This document shows, piece after piece, positions 22,700 to 35,355 of a stretch of DNA of 64,000 bases. The translations under genes and the position numbers were made by a program. The notes under the pieces are model-generated. The model saw nothing but the letters and a program-made list of their open reading frames with translations, made no database searches and was not told where the DNA came from. This DNA comes from Podarcis erhardii (Eukaryota), in the NCBI GenBank assembly GCA_964252035.1, contig OZ176216.1. One strand, given 5' to 3'. Position 1 is the first letter of the stretch; every line of letters begins with the position of its first letter.

Positions 22700-23880
22700 A
22701 GGCCCGCGTCTTCGGCGAGGCAGCGGCTGGCTGGCAGCAGGCGGATTAGGCTGGGGAGCAAGAGCCACGCTTCGCCGCGGGCAGCCCAGGTGCCCTTCCG
22801 CTTTCGGGCGGCGGCGGCCTCGCAGACACCCGCCCCGCCCCGGGGCAGCCGCCTCCCTCCTGCTCCGGCGCCGAAGCGAAGTGGTTGTCGGCAGCGCCAG
22901 AGCGGGGCCTCCTCGGGAGACAGCGAGACCCGCCGCCCGCCGGGACACCGGCCCAGCCCTGGCCGCGGGGAGCCCACCGGGGAGGGGCCGCATTCACAAG
23001 GGACACGCGGACACGGGACTCCTCCTCTGCACGCGGAGACCTAGCTCCTCAGGGTCGGAGGGGGCGGGGTCGCCGCGCGCCAGAAGGGCCCGCAGCTCCG
23101 CCGGGCTGCCTTCGCCCCCGTGGGAGACCCGGGCCAGCGGGCGGCGGGGCAGGCGCTCTGCCCATGCTCAGAGGTCCGTCCTCCGCCTCGCCGCTCCCTC
23201 CCGGCCTACCTTGCGGAGTGAGCTGCTGCTGCCGCCGCCTGGCCCTCCCGCTCCGCTCCGCCGCGCCCTCCTCGTGCCCCGTCGGCGACGGTCCCTCCAG
23301 CCGCTCGATCGGCGGCGGCGGCAATTGGGGCTCCCGTCACGGGCCGGGCGGAGCCGTGGCAAGGGCGGAATGCGCCTGCGCGGCGGGGCTCGCGGGCCGG
23401 CCTGGCTCGGGCCCTCCTGAGGGGGGGGGCGGGGGCGGGAGGGCAGGAGAGCGGCCTGGCCCCGCCCCGCCGCGCCTGCGCGCCCCTCTCTGCTCCCCCG
23501 CCCCCGCGGGCCCGTTTGCGCGGGAAAGGAGCGCGCGCGCGAGAAGCGGCCTCCGGACTCCTGAGTCTCCGTGTCCCTGAGGGAACTTCCTCCGCCGCCC
23601 CGCTAGCTGAGGCGTTTCCCCGCCTCGGCCGCGCTCCAGGGGCCCTGGGGACCATCCGTGGTGGAGCTGGAGGGCCTCTCGGCGACGCCTGGGCCCGGCA
23701 CCAGCCCTCAGAGCCGCCGCCGCCGCCGCTGCTGCCCGTCCGAGTGGGCAGCGCTGAGCGAGGCCTGAGCGGGTCCGAGGCGGCTCCCTGCGCAGGGAGA
23801 GGGATCCCGAGGAGCCTCGTCCTCTTTGCCGGAGGGCCTCTCTGGGGCGCGGCGAGGGCGGAAAGGCCAGGCCTTTAATG
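22700..23880. promoter_or_regulatory. MYO1C: CpG island, main MYO1C (isoform C) promoter
   Basis: Very high GC and CpG density; several GGGCGG boxes at about 23360-23470; contains a donor at 23209. Confidence 0.85.
23210..23400 (-). other. MYO1C: MYO1C non-coding first exon (isoform C); 5' end approximate
   Basis: Donor CCGCAAG|GTAGGC inside the CpG island; no ATG in the exon; translation would start at the exon 2 ATG (5873). Confidence 0.6.
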
Positions 23881-24133
23881 CTGGCGGTGACTTTTAAATA
23901 CAAGTTCTCACATTTGTCAACTCTGGGAGGAGGAAGAGAGCTTGGGACCTGCTCTGCTCACATGAAGAAAGCAGGAGAGCATTGCAATTCGCTGCAGCCC
24001 TTCCCAGGCGCCACTGCCAGGAGGAGAGCAAAGGCCGACCTGGAAAATAGATGAGGGCTCTGCCATGCAGAAGCCCCAAGGAGACTTCCGGCGGGATTTA
24101 GCCACATGCTGCGGGTTGCACAGCACATACACT

Positions 24134-24590
24134 ATTGTTGTTGTTGAGTCGTTTAGTCGGGTCCGCCTCTTCATGACCCCCTGGACCAGAGCACGCCAGG
24201 CACTCCTGTCTTCCACTGCCTCCCGCAGTTTGGACAGACTCATGCTGGTAGCTTCGAGAACACTGTCCAAGCATCTCGTCCTCTGTCGTCCCCTTCTCCT
24301 TGTGCCCTCCATCTTTCCCAGCATCAGGGTCTTTTCCAGGGAGTCTTCTCTTCTCATGAGGTGGCCAAAGTCTTGGAGCCTCAGCTTCAGGATCTGTGCT
24401 TCCAGTGAGCACTCAGGACTGATTTCCTTCAGAATGGAGAGGTTTGATCTACTTGCAGTCCGTGGGACTCTCAAGAGTCTCCTCCAGCACCAGAATTCAA
24501 AAGCATCCATTCTTCGGCGATCAGCCTTCTTTATGGTCTAGCTCTCACTTCCATACATCACTACCGGGAAAACCATGGCTTTTACTATAT
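24134..24590 (-). mobile_element. BovB (RTE-clade LINE), 5'-truncated 3' end
   Basis: AFEFWCWRRLLRVP...EKTLMLGKMEGTRRRGRQRTR..LDSV...WRALV; (CAA)n tail at about 24134-24146. Confidence 0.93.
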
Positions 24591-26031
24591 ACTTAGGGGC
24601 AAAGTGGAAGGGTGAACTCCCTTGCAAAAATTCCCCGCCACCAGCAGTCTTTGCCTTGTGGTTCATTTGAGCCCAGCCCTGCTTGCAAATCTGACCAGTT
24701 TACAACGTGTCAGGCTCTGGCAGTTGGCAAGTCCACAGTTTGTTTGTAAAAGGTTGTGGGTTAAGGCTCTGACTTCTCCAATGAAAGGTCTCGGGTGACA
24801 GAACTGTAAGAGACACCTGTCTGGAGAGTTGCTGCCAGTTAATGTGCCCAGCGCTGGGGCAGATGCAGCTTTAGCCTGTAAGGGAGCACCTTGTAACACC
24901 TATTTGCTCACTTTGCCTGAAGCTCTGCAGTTTTCTAACAAAGATGGGGGATAGCGAGGGCAAGGGCAGTACTGCACTGGAAGGACTAACAATCCAGTTT
25001 AGGATAAGACAGCTTCCAACGTAAGGGTAGCTGACAGGCTTCTGATAGGGTTGAGTGTTGCCTGTTTTCAGATGCTCCCAAGTGATCTGTTGGCAGCTAA
25101 TAGAGCAGTAGAAGGTTATTTTAGTAATAAAATATTTCAAGTTTCTTATTTTGAAGCCTCTGGAGACAGGACATTTAAAATTTCTAAGTGCATTTATGCT
25201 CACAATGGCAGGCTCTTCAAACTACACAGCTCTTATTCCCCAAGAATTTCGAGTGTCATTTTCAGAAGACTGTCAGTGGGTCCATGTCAGAGCTATCCGC
25301 AGCACTTCAGCTAAGAGGTAAATTCTGTATTGCTGACCTGGTAAGGATTTCTCTCCCCCCCCCCCAAGTCACCAACAGTGGCACATTTCTGTTATTTTTA
25401 GAAGGACCTAATGGACTCAAAAAAGCTGTGCTGCTTCAAAGCCTTGCTGAGAATTCCAGCCCCCCAACCCACAAAACAGTTATGTCACCTAGGTCTCGCA
25501 TGAAGCAAGAAGTAAGTGCATGTAGACCCCATTACTCTGAAACCCCCCCCCACATCAAGTCACATTGCACACAAGATCACATGTATAACACAAACAGCAG
25601 TGCAGCGCAGCATATTAGTGCAGCATATCAGCCAAAGGAGAGATAGGCATTCTAGGGAACGTGCCTATTTTATAGATGGGGAACACTGAGGCTGAGGAAG
25701 TAAGCATGTAGAAAACATTTACCCCAGTTAATCTCATGTTTAACCAATCCATAAAGGCAGCCAGGGCGGGGGGGGGGGGAGGAGGAAGGCAGAATAGAAG
25801 ATGGTCTGGTGCTAGAGGAGAACGCAAGAGATTCATAAGAGAGAGTGGGGGCAGGGAGTGGGAACCAGGAGCTCAAAAGCATGCACAGGCTCCAGCATGT
25901 GGGGGTGGGGAGTCTGATCTACATGGCATTCTCCCAGCTACTCCCAGATTAAGTCTTCCAATGTTGCTACAAGTGTCCTGCCAGCAGCAGCCTCCAGCCT
26001 TTTCATGAGCGGAACTGCTGCCATTGGACTA

Positions 26032-26240
26032 CAGTGGTACCTCGGGTTAAGTACTTAATTCGTTCCAGAGGTCCGTTCTTAACCTGAAGCACCACTTTAG
26101 TTAATGGGGCCTCCTGCTGCCGCTGTGCTGCCGGAGCACGATTTCTGTTCTCATCCTGAAGCAAAGTACTTAACCCGAGGTACTATTTCTGGGTTAGCGG
26201 AGTCTGTAACCTGAAGCGTATGTAACCCAAGGTACCACTG
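26032..26240. mobile_element. Tc1/mariner (Tigger-like) MITE
   Basis: TIRs CAGTGGTACCTCGGGTTA / TAACCCAAGGTACCACTG with TA duplication on both sides. Confidence 0.9.
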
Positions 26241-27350
26241 TACAGTACTGGCAAGCCAACCCTGCTGCTGTCACCACAAGCTCCATCAGCAGGCTGTAGC
26301 AGCCCAGAATGTTACCCGCCCTCCGAGTCCTCTTCCCCACAACCATTGTCATTTCACATTGGCGCATTGGCCGGTACCACATGGGCACAGGAGCTGTGTG
26401 AGAGGGCAGAGATAAACAACCACAGCAGAGCCAAAGGGGGAGAGAGAGAAATCCTGCCGTTATGACAGGGCCTAGCCCTTGTTACTAGGAACATCCTGGA
26501 GAGTGGGGAAAGAGTCCCAGGGTAACTTGAGAGCCAAATCTTGTCGCCAGAGAGCACAGGGCGAGGAAGGCTTTCTCCTGTGGCTCCCACATCGGGTATA
26601 GCCACTAGTGCCCCACAGCCCAGCCCATGGTCCACCACAATAGACACTGGAGAAGACCAACTGCAGGCAGAGCAGTAATCATTCATCTGGACTGTATAAA
26701 GCTAAGAGCCAACATCCTTTGGCAATGCAGGCTGTTAGCTTTTGGAGGTCCCAATAAAGCCAGAAACGTCCACTCCAACCTTTGTGACCTTGAATTTGGA
26801 ATCCTGCCTATGTCACCTGCACAAAGAGTTAGAAACCTGCAGGCAACTTTAATTTAAAGCAACAGAGCAGATATTGGGAGAGATGTGTAAAGCCCAAACC
26901 AACAAATGCCTCCTCTTCACCCGTATGGTATTCCAGATCCAATCATTCACCAACATAGAGACGGCCTGAAGCCCAGCTAATTTTACACAGCTCTTGGAAC
27001 CTTTTCCTTTATGCCCCTGCCCCTGCTACTTGACCACCTTGACAGATTTCACTGTGTTTGCTTTTAACTTGCTATAGCATCAGTCCAGTGGTCTGAAATA
27101 TGGACACCATTGTCTCCTTCCTCTGGCCTTGCAAGGGCCAGTTTTCTCAAAGCTTGAAGTTGTCACTGGGTATTGTCCTCATTCTCTTCACAAGCCATGC
27201 TAGAATGTCCCTTTCCATAAATGCAGCAGTTCCCTCGCACTGATAGAACCCTTCCTGAATCGTGCCTCCCTCTTCGTGTTTGTCTGTGCCAAGTTACCAA
27301 AACAAGGAAAGGAAAGCAGGTTTAGGTAGCACAAGAAGAGCCATGCTTAC

Positions 27351-27425
27351 AGGCTTAGCCCCTTGATCCTGACCAACCTGGCAAATCATTTCTCCGGTGG
27401 GGATAAACTTGGTCCGCAGCTCCAT
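27351..27425 (-). CDS. MYO1C: MYO1C isoform A first-exon coding part, MELRTKFIPTGEMICQVGQDQGAKP
   Basis: 25 codons ending AAG CCT|GTAAGC (phase 0). Same length as human [25 protein letters not shown], with PTGE-I and the penultimate K conserved. Upstream of the isoform C exon, as I recall for human. Confidence 0.78.
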
Positions 27426-29291
27426 CCTCCCAAGCTTCGGTCTCTGGTTTTCACCATCCCTCTGCAGCCGGCGGACATCGAACAGTCCTGGCATTCTCTG
27501 AAGGAGCAGCAGCACAATAAACAGCCTCCTTGGCCCAGCAGCGGAAGAACTGGAGGCCTGTGTTTGTACAAGCTCTAGGTGTGAGCTCAAGCAACAATGC
27601 AGTTCAAGCACTTGTTTCCACGTCCTTTCAGCTGTTCCAAGAGCCTTTAATTTATGTCTTTGCTTATTGCTTTTAACTCCAATGTTTCTTCTCTCAGACC
27701 CAGGGGACTCTGGAGACCTGGATGGACATCTGCAATTTTTGGCACCACCTTTGTGACCTTGGCTGTTCTGCCCTGAGAAGCTGCAGCGGAAGGGCTCTTT
27801 TCCTCCCTGGGTACATTAGCCCTCCTGGTCCCCCTTGCCCAGCCGGTGCCAGGTGTGTCTTTCTGTCAGACCTCTTCCTAAGGGGCAAAGCTTTGTTTGT
27901 GTGCTAATTTGGTAAATTATATGTGCAACATTTCACCCAAAGGCTCCTGAAGTCAGCAAGCTGTTTTATCAATAAAAAACAATGGAAACATCATAAAAAG
28001 AGCTGCAAACACATACACTATATTAAAAAAAAGGCCACCACTGGCAGTAGGCAAATACATGGCAGTGATAATCCGATCTGAACACCTGCATGACAGTCTT
28101 TACCAGTCTGTGAAATGGCCAGGGAAAAAAGAGGCTGCGCCCAAAGGAAGGAGGAACAGAGTCTGCACAGTTGCCACAGCCAAAAAAGATCCTCCTTGCC
28201 TGTGAACAGCCTCAAGGTCTATGGATGAAGGGTGATATACAAATTAAATAAATAATAATAATGTGGCCCCCTCCATGTTTCTGCTGGAGGGGAAGGAGGG
28301 ATGTGGAGCAGGGCCTCCTCAGTAGATCTCAGAACGGCAGGTGGGATAACCAGGTTTAACAACACTTGGAATTAGAGAGGATAACCAGCTCTTTGAACTG
28401 GGCTCAGAAAGAAATGAGGAACTGATTAAGAGGGAACAACAAGTTGCCCTCTCTTTATCTGAGAGGTCTTCTATGTCATCAGCCGTTCCATGACAGGCAG
28501 AAATTCTACATGCTCACATTTTGCCTGCCACCACATCTCAATGCTAACAAAAAAAATATTGAATTTCTGCCTGTTTTTATGTAAACCACCTTGGGAATTT
28601 CTTCTGGAGGACATTATATTGATATCTATAAACAGATAGAGAGGAACAGAGGAAATCCTATAAATCTCCACCAGCTGCAAAGCCCTTGTCAAAGATAGAG
28701 TGGTTTACAGTAGTTGAAATATGTGACCAAGACATCATGGGTGATGAAAGTGGCCAGATTTGCCTTTTCCAGGACAGACACAGCAGCCAAAGCCCAGCTA
28801 CTGCCAGCATCTGACTCCAGGCAGGCTCAAAAGAAGGAACACTACCCCTTCCAGAACAGGCTGTGTCACCGCTTCTGAGTCTGCTTATGTCTTTTCCAGA
28901 ATAAGTTTCCCATTTCCAAAGCAAATTCCTTGGTGGGAAGTACTTGCCAACAGTTTCTCCTATTCCTAAAAACATGGAGCAGACTTGAATCTCTCTTTTC
29001 CTTCAGAAGTGGTTTAATGGATGTGCCTTAAGACCCAGGCTGAAACAAAATATAAGAACATGTAAAATGGGGGAGGGGGGACCAGGAACTAAACGAAGGT
29101 GGAAAGGAGCCAAAGAGCACACTGAGGAGAAAGGGAGGCTGGGACACAGCTGTCCAAATATATTCCCCCGAGATAAGCAATCCAAAAATAAAACTAGTTT
29201 ATTTTTGTTTGGAAAAATGTACTTTTTAAGTAATTTATTTGCTGAAACTTTAACTGTTGAGGGGTGATGAGCATGCCCAGAAATACATATG

Positions 29292-29410
29292 TACCGTATT
29301 TACTTGAATCTAATGCTCACGTTTTTTGGGTAAATTACGTTGCAAAAATCAAGGTGCATTAGATTTGACAGCACATTTACATTCGCCAGCAATTCCATTT
29401 TTTTATTTCT
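29292..29410. mobile_element. Tc1/mariner MITE left end (partial)
   Basis: TA-ccgtatttacttgaatctaatgc...gcattagatttga internal inverted repeat. Confidence 0.5.
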
Positions 29411-30717
29411 AGGAAACCTATACAGAGGTTTGTTTGCAGAAATCAGAGTTAGTTAGGCATCCAGTGAAATAGCTAAATATACTTCAATTGTTGACAGTGC
29501 AGTTGAGAATGCAAGGGTGTCACAACTATGCTGCAACCTCCCTCCACCTCTTGGTGGGGTGCCTGGTCAGTCCCCATTCAGGTTTTGAAGGAAGAGAGAA
29601 GGAAGGAATGATCCGGTGGACATACACTACTGATTTCCTCCCACGCTGCAGTGTTACCCTGCAACTGCTTCCTGATGGGGAGTGCTCTGGAAATTCACCC
29701 GCAAGGGCTGTAACTGCCTCTTGGTGATGAGTCCCGCCAGCCTCCGTGAACTTTGTCTCCTGCCCTTCAGAGAAATTGCCTTGCTTGGTCCACGTTCCAG
29801 GGTAATCAGGTAAGACAGGAGACAATGTTCTGGGACTCTTAAGGCTGGGCCGTCTCAAGGAAATCATAATTTAGTTTGCAGGAAGCAGTGGGGAAAGAAA
29901 CAATGGCTCTTATCAGTGGATATTTTAGGGTCCAGAAAACATGCGAAATATCTTGGAAACATTTCCTGTTTACATAAAGCTGTGCTATGTAAATGCAGAG
30001 GTTCACTATTTATCCCCAAGAGAGGGGGTGGCCATTGATGGCTCCTGCCTGCCTTAAGGGATGGAGAGGGGGGAGCAAGCTGTCTGAAGAAACCTGCAAT
30101 GTTTCACTTGCTACCCCCTGGCTGAATTGTCCTCAAGTGATTTCACTTAGGCAACTTGAAAGCAGACAAATGTTTTCTTTGAGAAACAGCCTATGGAAGA
30201 CTGATGGAGCCAGCAGCTGCCAAGTATCTGACAAATGGGTGGGGGGGTGGGGGGGGAGGCAGGGAAGGGTCATCTGGCAGGAGCTCTTCCTGGAGAGAGC
30301 TTGGCCTTCCTCATCCACACTGGCAGTTGCAGCATGCTGGCCTCAGCACGTATTTGTCATTCTTTCATGCCATTGCTTGGGACACACATACGCACACATA
30401 TTGGGGGTCCCCTTGCCATAGCATTTTACCCACTTTCGGAAGCCACCAATCAGAATGCAAGGACTTCATTGTAGAGCCAGAGTCTCCAGCACCCCAGCCT
30501 GTCTACCACTAACAAGGAGAAGCTTGAAGGAGCCTGCAGATTTTGAATTGTTGGAAGACGGTTGACTCAACCTCCTTGCCTAAGAGGAATAAAAAGAGCA
30601 GGGGCTGATTTCGAACTAAGGTTTGAACAGCCACAATCATGTGAAAGCCTCCCAAATGCAGCACCATCAAATTTGACCCACTTCAACAGAAAGGTTGCTC
30701 CCAACTCTGCTAACATA

Positions 30718-30976
30718 CCATATTTTTTGCTCTATAAGACTCACTTTTTCCCTCCTAAAAAGTAAGGGGAAATGTGTGTGCGCCTTATGGAGCGAATGCA
30801 GGCTGTGCGGCTATCCCAGAAGCCAGAACAGCAAGAGGGATTGCTGCTTTCGCTGCGCAGTGATCCCTCTTGATGTTCTGGCTTCTGGGATTCATAATAT
30901 TTTTTTTCTTGTTTTCCTCCTCCAAAAACGAGGTGCGTCTTATGGTCTGGTGCATCTTATAGAGCGAAAAATACGG
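30718..30976. mobile_element. Tc1/mariner (Tc2-like) MITE
   Basis: TIRs ccatattttttgctctataag / cttatagagcgaaaaatacgg, TA flanks, internal hairpin at about 30820-30890. Confidence 0.88.
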
Positions 30977-33824
30977 TAATTAAGTCATTACTTTTCCTGG
31001 TCACCCAAAAGTTCCCTTGGAGTCTAGTTTTTCTGCTGCTCTTAGCTGAAAATGGGTGTATTCCCCCCCCCACACACACACACCCTGCCACATGATGATG
31101 ATTTTGGCTGTCTTTGGTTCTGAGGATTTCACTAAATAGCTGATAGTTAAGTTAGCAAAAACTCCTATTGCAAGTCATTCCCGATGGTGGCTGGTGCCCC
31201 CACCCACAGGCTCCCATTCCCTACTTGCTCCGGCTCCAACTCTTCCCAGCAAACCACACCAGCTATTTCTAATCAGACTGAGGAGAAATGGCTGGTCCAA
31301 AGCCAGAAAGCAAGCCCATGGCAACTGGGGAAAAAACCCTTGGACACAATCAGTCCATGACTTCTTGTTACTTCCCTAGTACAGCTTGGTACCTAAGACT
31401 TAAACAAAAGACATGTTATGAGTCTGTGGCTGTCTGATGCAGTGCCAGAAAAAGGACTCCTAGGCCTTAAGCAGTTGTGCAAAAAAGTTGCAGATTGATG
31501 TCGGTGCTGGGTGTTTACAGAGGAGAGAGAGAAATCAGAATCTGGGTGAGAGAAAATCAGAATCACTTTGGGAAGAAATCCTTGAAAGAACATTCTGCTC
31601 TGTCCCAAGAGGAAAGACTCCCCCTGCTCCCTCTACACACACGCATCCCTGCCCAACCCTCTAGCTTCTTTCCAGGCCCATGCTGGGAATTAAAACCCCA
31701 CAAGTCACCTCATAGACTGCTCTCGTGCCTCTAACATGCAGCAGCCAAGCGAGGCAACTTTACCTGTGCTGCTGCCCACAGACAACAGTTCAGGAAGCTG
31801 AGAGCAGAGGAACCCTCACCCTCGCTGCAAAATCTTTCCCTGGCTCTGAAACCAGGAGGATTGGGAGAAGAGGAGAACTTGCAGAAATACTGTCTCATCG
31901 CTCTCAACACTGATGGCCCACTTTGCTGCCTCCAGGGCATGTGTAGTTGTCTGTCAATCAATCGGGTCAGGGGCCAACCGTCTTCTTGGCAGGCAGCCAT
32001 AACTGGCTTCTAGGGCAGGGCTTTGTGGGAAGATTTCTGCAGGCAAGGAAGGAGGAAGCGAAGCAGTGTGGAAGCAGCTGTATCTGGAGGGTGTGTTGAG
32101 CGGGGGGGGGGGGGGCTGCTGCCACCTGCTAGGCCCAAGTCCCATTGTGCCAGGGAGGAGCTGCCTGCTGCCCCCCCATGCAGTCAGGTGGACGAACCAA
32201 AGGCAATGGGGCAGGAACAAGCAGAAGCTTCTGCCACCACCTGCCCGCCCCCCCCCCCAGCAGCGCAAGGGGTGGGAATCAATGGCCTCCACTTCAAGGG
32301 GTGGGAGGTTGATGGTGCCGCAAGACAGAGGGCAGGCCATGGGGGTTGCTGCTCCAGGATCTCTGGGACAGTGAATTGGGTTAGGTTTTGGGGCCTTGGC
32401 AGCTGTCCCAGAATGCCAACCCTGTCAGAAGCTTTATCTCCCAACGCTTCTGCTTGTTTCAAGTATACTGTACTTCGTTTCAGTAGCAACCCAGATTCAG
32501 CTTTTTTAAACGCACACATCAAAACTCTTCCTCTCTGCATTGTGAACCTCAGTGGTGATTTCTCCTCCCTCCTACTTGCTTTGCATTGGTGATTCTGCAG
32601 TGCTACTAGTGGGGTGGGGGGAGCTGAGCCAGGCCAAGGAGTTCACAGCATCTTACTAGAACACAAAAGAACACAAAATTGTTTTAGCAACCCTTGCCAG
32701 CCGGTGCCCTCCAGAAGCCTGGTGCTGAGAGCTGCAGGCCATCCTATCCTGAGGGTGCTAGGTCACAGGAGGCTGTGTCGAGGCAAATCTTTCCTACCAT
32801 TGTAGCACTGCTTTTGGAGGAAACCATGAGCAGGATTGTTTCAATTCATTAACCAGTGAACAACAGTGCTGGGAGGGGGAAGGACAGATGTGAGAACTCC
32901 TCCCAGTTTTCTTGTATGCCTAGCAGATTTTTAAAAAGTTGCCTAGTTGTTTCCATGTTCAAGCCTCTCCTCAAATACTTTCCAGCCTCCCTCCCCTCCG
33001 CCTCTGGCTCAGTCATCTCTTCCCTCTCAGGCTCCCTGCGCCTGCCCTGTGGAGCCAGCCGCTCCCTGCCTGGTTATCTGCTTCCATCCGCAGCACAGGC
33101 CCTCTTCCTCCTCCCACCCCAGGTTGCACTCGGCCACAAAGGCATGGAAAAGCCACAAGCTGGGAAGATTTAATTAGACGACTTTCCACTGCAGCCAGTG
33201 GCAGCAGCAGCAGCAGCAGCATTATTGTTCTGCCGAGAGATTAGCTTACTAAAGACAGATCCACCCACTCAGTTCAAAAGTGTCAGCAGTTTTCCCTGGC
33301 ACATTTCTGAACTGGCATTTCTGAAGCAAGTGATCAATTCCGGTCTTGTTTTGTGGTCTCGAGGATCTGTTCTCCCTCTGCCAATAGGAGCCAAAACAGC
33401 AGACGCTTTTGAGCTGTGAAAAAACTTTTCGTGAAAAAATATTCCCACTTCCTTTGCATCCCAAGTTTGAAGCGGGGAGTGGGGGGAACCTTCCCAGATA
33501 GGCGTCCCCTGCCAATGGCAGTGAGCAGGGCCACCTCTTTTCACGCTAACAATCTCCACGTCTCCCCAGCAACCCCCTTCCCCCTTGTGCAACGGCATGC
33601 ACCAGGGTTCAGGACACACGCACATGCCTTATTTAAAGGCAGGCGCACCCTACTGATGGTGAAGACGTCTGCACTGCCATCACTCAGAAGAGCTTCCAGA
33701 GGAGAGACCACGCCCGAGAAACAGCTGGAACTCTTTCAGCAGACTCTGCGTCCTCTGCAGTGCCCCCTCGTGGCTCAGAGGCAACAGCAACAACTGGGAG
33801 GCAGAGTAACTATCAGAGTTAACA

Positions 33825-33830
33825 TTTATT
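33825..33830 (-). terminator. Candidate distal poly(A) signal (AATAAA) for INPP5K
   Basis: AATAAA on the minus strand at the end of an AT-rich, UTR-like stretch; not confirmed. Confidence 0.35.
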
Positions 33831-34768
33831 TTAATATTTCTTCTTTAAACCATTTGTGATTCACCTCAAGGACTGCAAGACAAGTTACCATCTAAAATAA
33901 AATAGTATAGAAGCACAATACAAACTAAGCAGTGAAGACAAATAGCAGCAGCAGCAAAATACAGCAAATAACAGGTGAGGGGTTGGGGGAAATACAGTTG
34001 TTACTTGGTACCTAAAACATGATTAAAAAAAAAAAGTTGATGCTCTTGAAAGTGTATCACAAAAGGCACCAGCACAGAAAACACCCTGTCCCAAATCACC
34101 ACCTGCCTGACCCGTGACACAGTGAGGTGCCAGGAGCTGGACCTTAAGACAGTGGTCTCCAGGAACCAGCAGGTTCATATGGGAGGAAGCAGAGCTCCTT
34201 CAGGTACCCTTTAAGGAATTAGGCTTTAAAAAACAGTAGGAGAAGCACCTTGAACTGCACCCAGAAACCAACAGCAACCCAGTGGTAGTCTTGTAAGTAT
34301 TGCCGATACATATTCAGTAGCTTGGACATTCTTCCTAGGCAGCCCCCCACAGTTCTTGGATGTTATCAACTGCAGATGTGGCCAAGTAATTACTCAAGAG
34401 GAGATGCACGCTAGTAAACCAATCAAAGCTGATGAGAAGTGTTTCCTACCCCTTGGGTGTCAACACCAGGACTAGATTTAATGGCAGATTTAACTGTGAA
34501 CCAGTTTGGTATGGAGAAGTGTGACCCCTAGGCCACAAGACTCTTTGGCACAGTGAAAGGATGGAACACTTGCTTTGCCACATCTTGTTCTGTGTTGACA
34601 GAGCACACCTGACTGCCAAACAATTTTCGGGGTGAATCTCTCACACACACAAAAATGATGTCATGATACAATGACACAAATACGATGCTTATCTTAAATT
34701 CGCACAGCAAAGAACAAAGGAAGTGGATGGCCAGGGTGCTTAAAAGAGGAGAAAATGAAATTCCACTG

Positions 34769-34904
34769 AGGAAGCTGCCTTATACCACTGGTCCATCTAG
34801 CTTAGTACTGTTTACACTGCCTGGGTTTCAGACTCCCCCAGCCCTACCTGCCGATTGAACCAGCAGCCTTCTACATGCAAGGCAGGTGCTCTGAGCTATG
34901 GCCC
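34769..34904 (-). mobile_element. tRNA-derived SINE (Squam2-like), internally deleted
   Basis: Minus strand gggccatagctcag...agcacctgccttgcatgtagaagg...ttcaatc head, and ctagatggacca..tataaggcagcttcct tail. Confidence 0.65.
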
Positions 34905-35355
34905 TTCCTGAAGAGAGTCCTTTCCCAGGGTGCGACAGAGCTCTCAAACAGAAAGATTAAAACAAAAAATATGTCCGTCACAGCAATGACCCCAGACAGT
35001 ATCTCGAGGGTGTTTACCGAAAAGACAATAAAAAACCGCTCTCAATATATCTTCACACATGTAACAAAGTGACATACAGAAAAGCACCTGCCACCACTGG
35101 CCCCCAAGGAAGTTCCTGCCCCAGCTAGAATGCCAAGGCTCAAGCGAAGAGTCAGCCTTTGCCAGACAGGGCGCCCTTCTTGTGGGCCAATTTACATAAG
35201 AATCCTGCTCTCCATCTGCCACAATTTAACTTTAAATCCATTAGGCAGTGACTGAAGCTCACCTGCTAACAGGCACAGGGAAATCTGCCCCATTCAAAAA
35301 CCTCCCATACTTACACTTGGTCCGAGTCTAGAAGAGAGCAAGATGGCCACCTTCT

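Larger units (their letters stand above)
269..27425 (-). other. MYO1C: MYO1C gene span (5' part; 3' exons continue beyond the left edge)
   Basis: Exons 2-12 splice in frame (1332 nt, 444 codons). They give [20 protein letters not shown]..., P-loop GESGAGKT, switch [10 protein letters not shown] and switch II DIYGFE. Synteny with INPP5K and PITPNA. Confidence 0.97.

Noticed and set aside
22496-23903. Stacked Arg/Gly/Pro-rich ORFs on both strands at the MYO1C island (also 47500-48570)
   Set aside because: Typical CpG-island artefact with few stop codons and no domain signature
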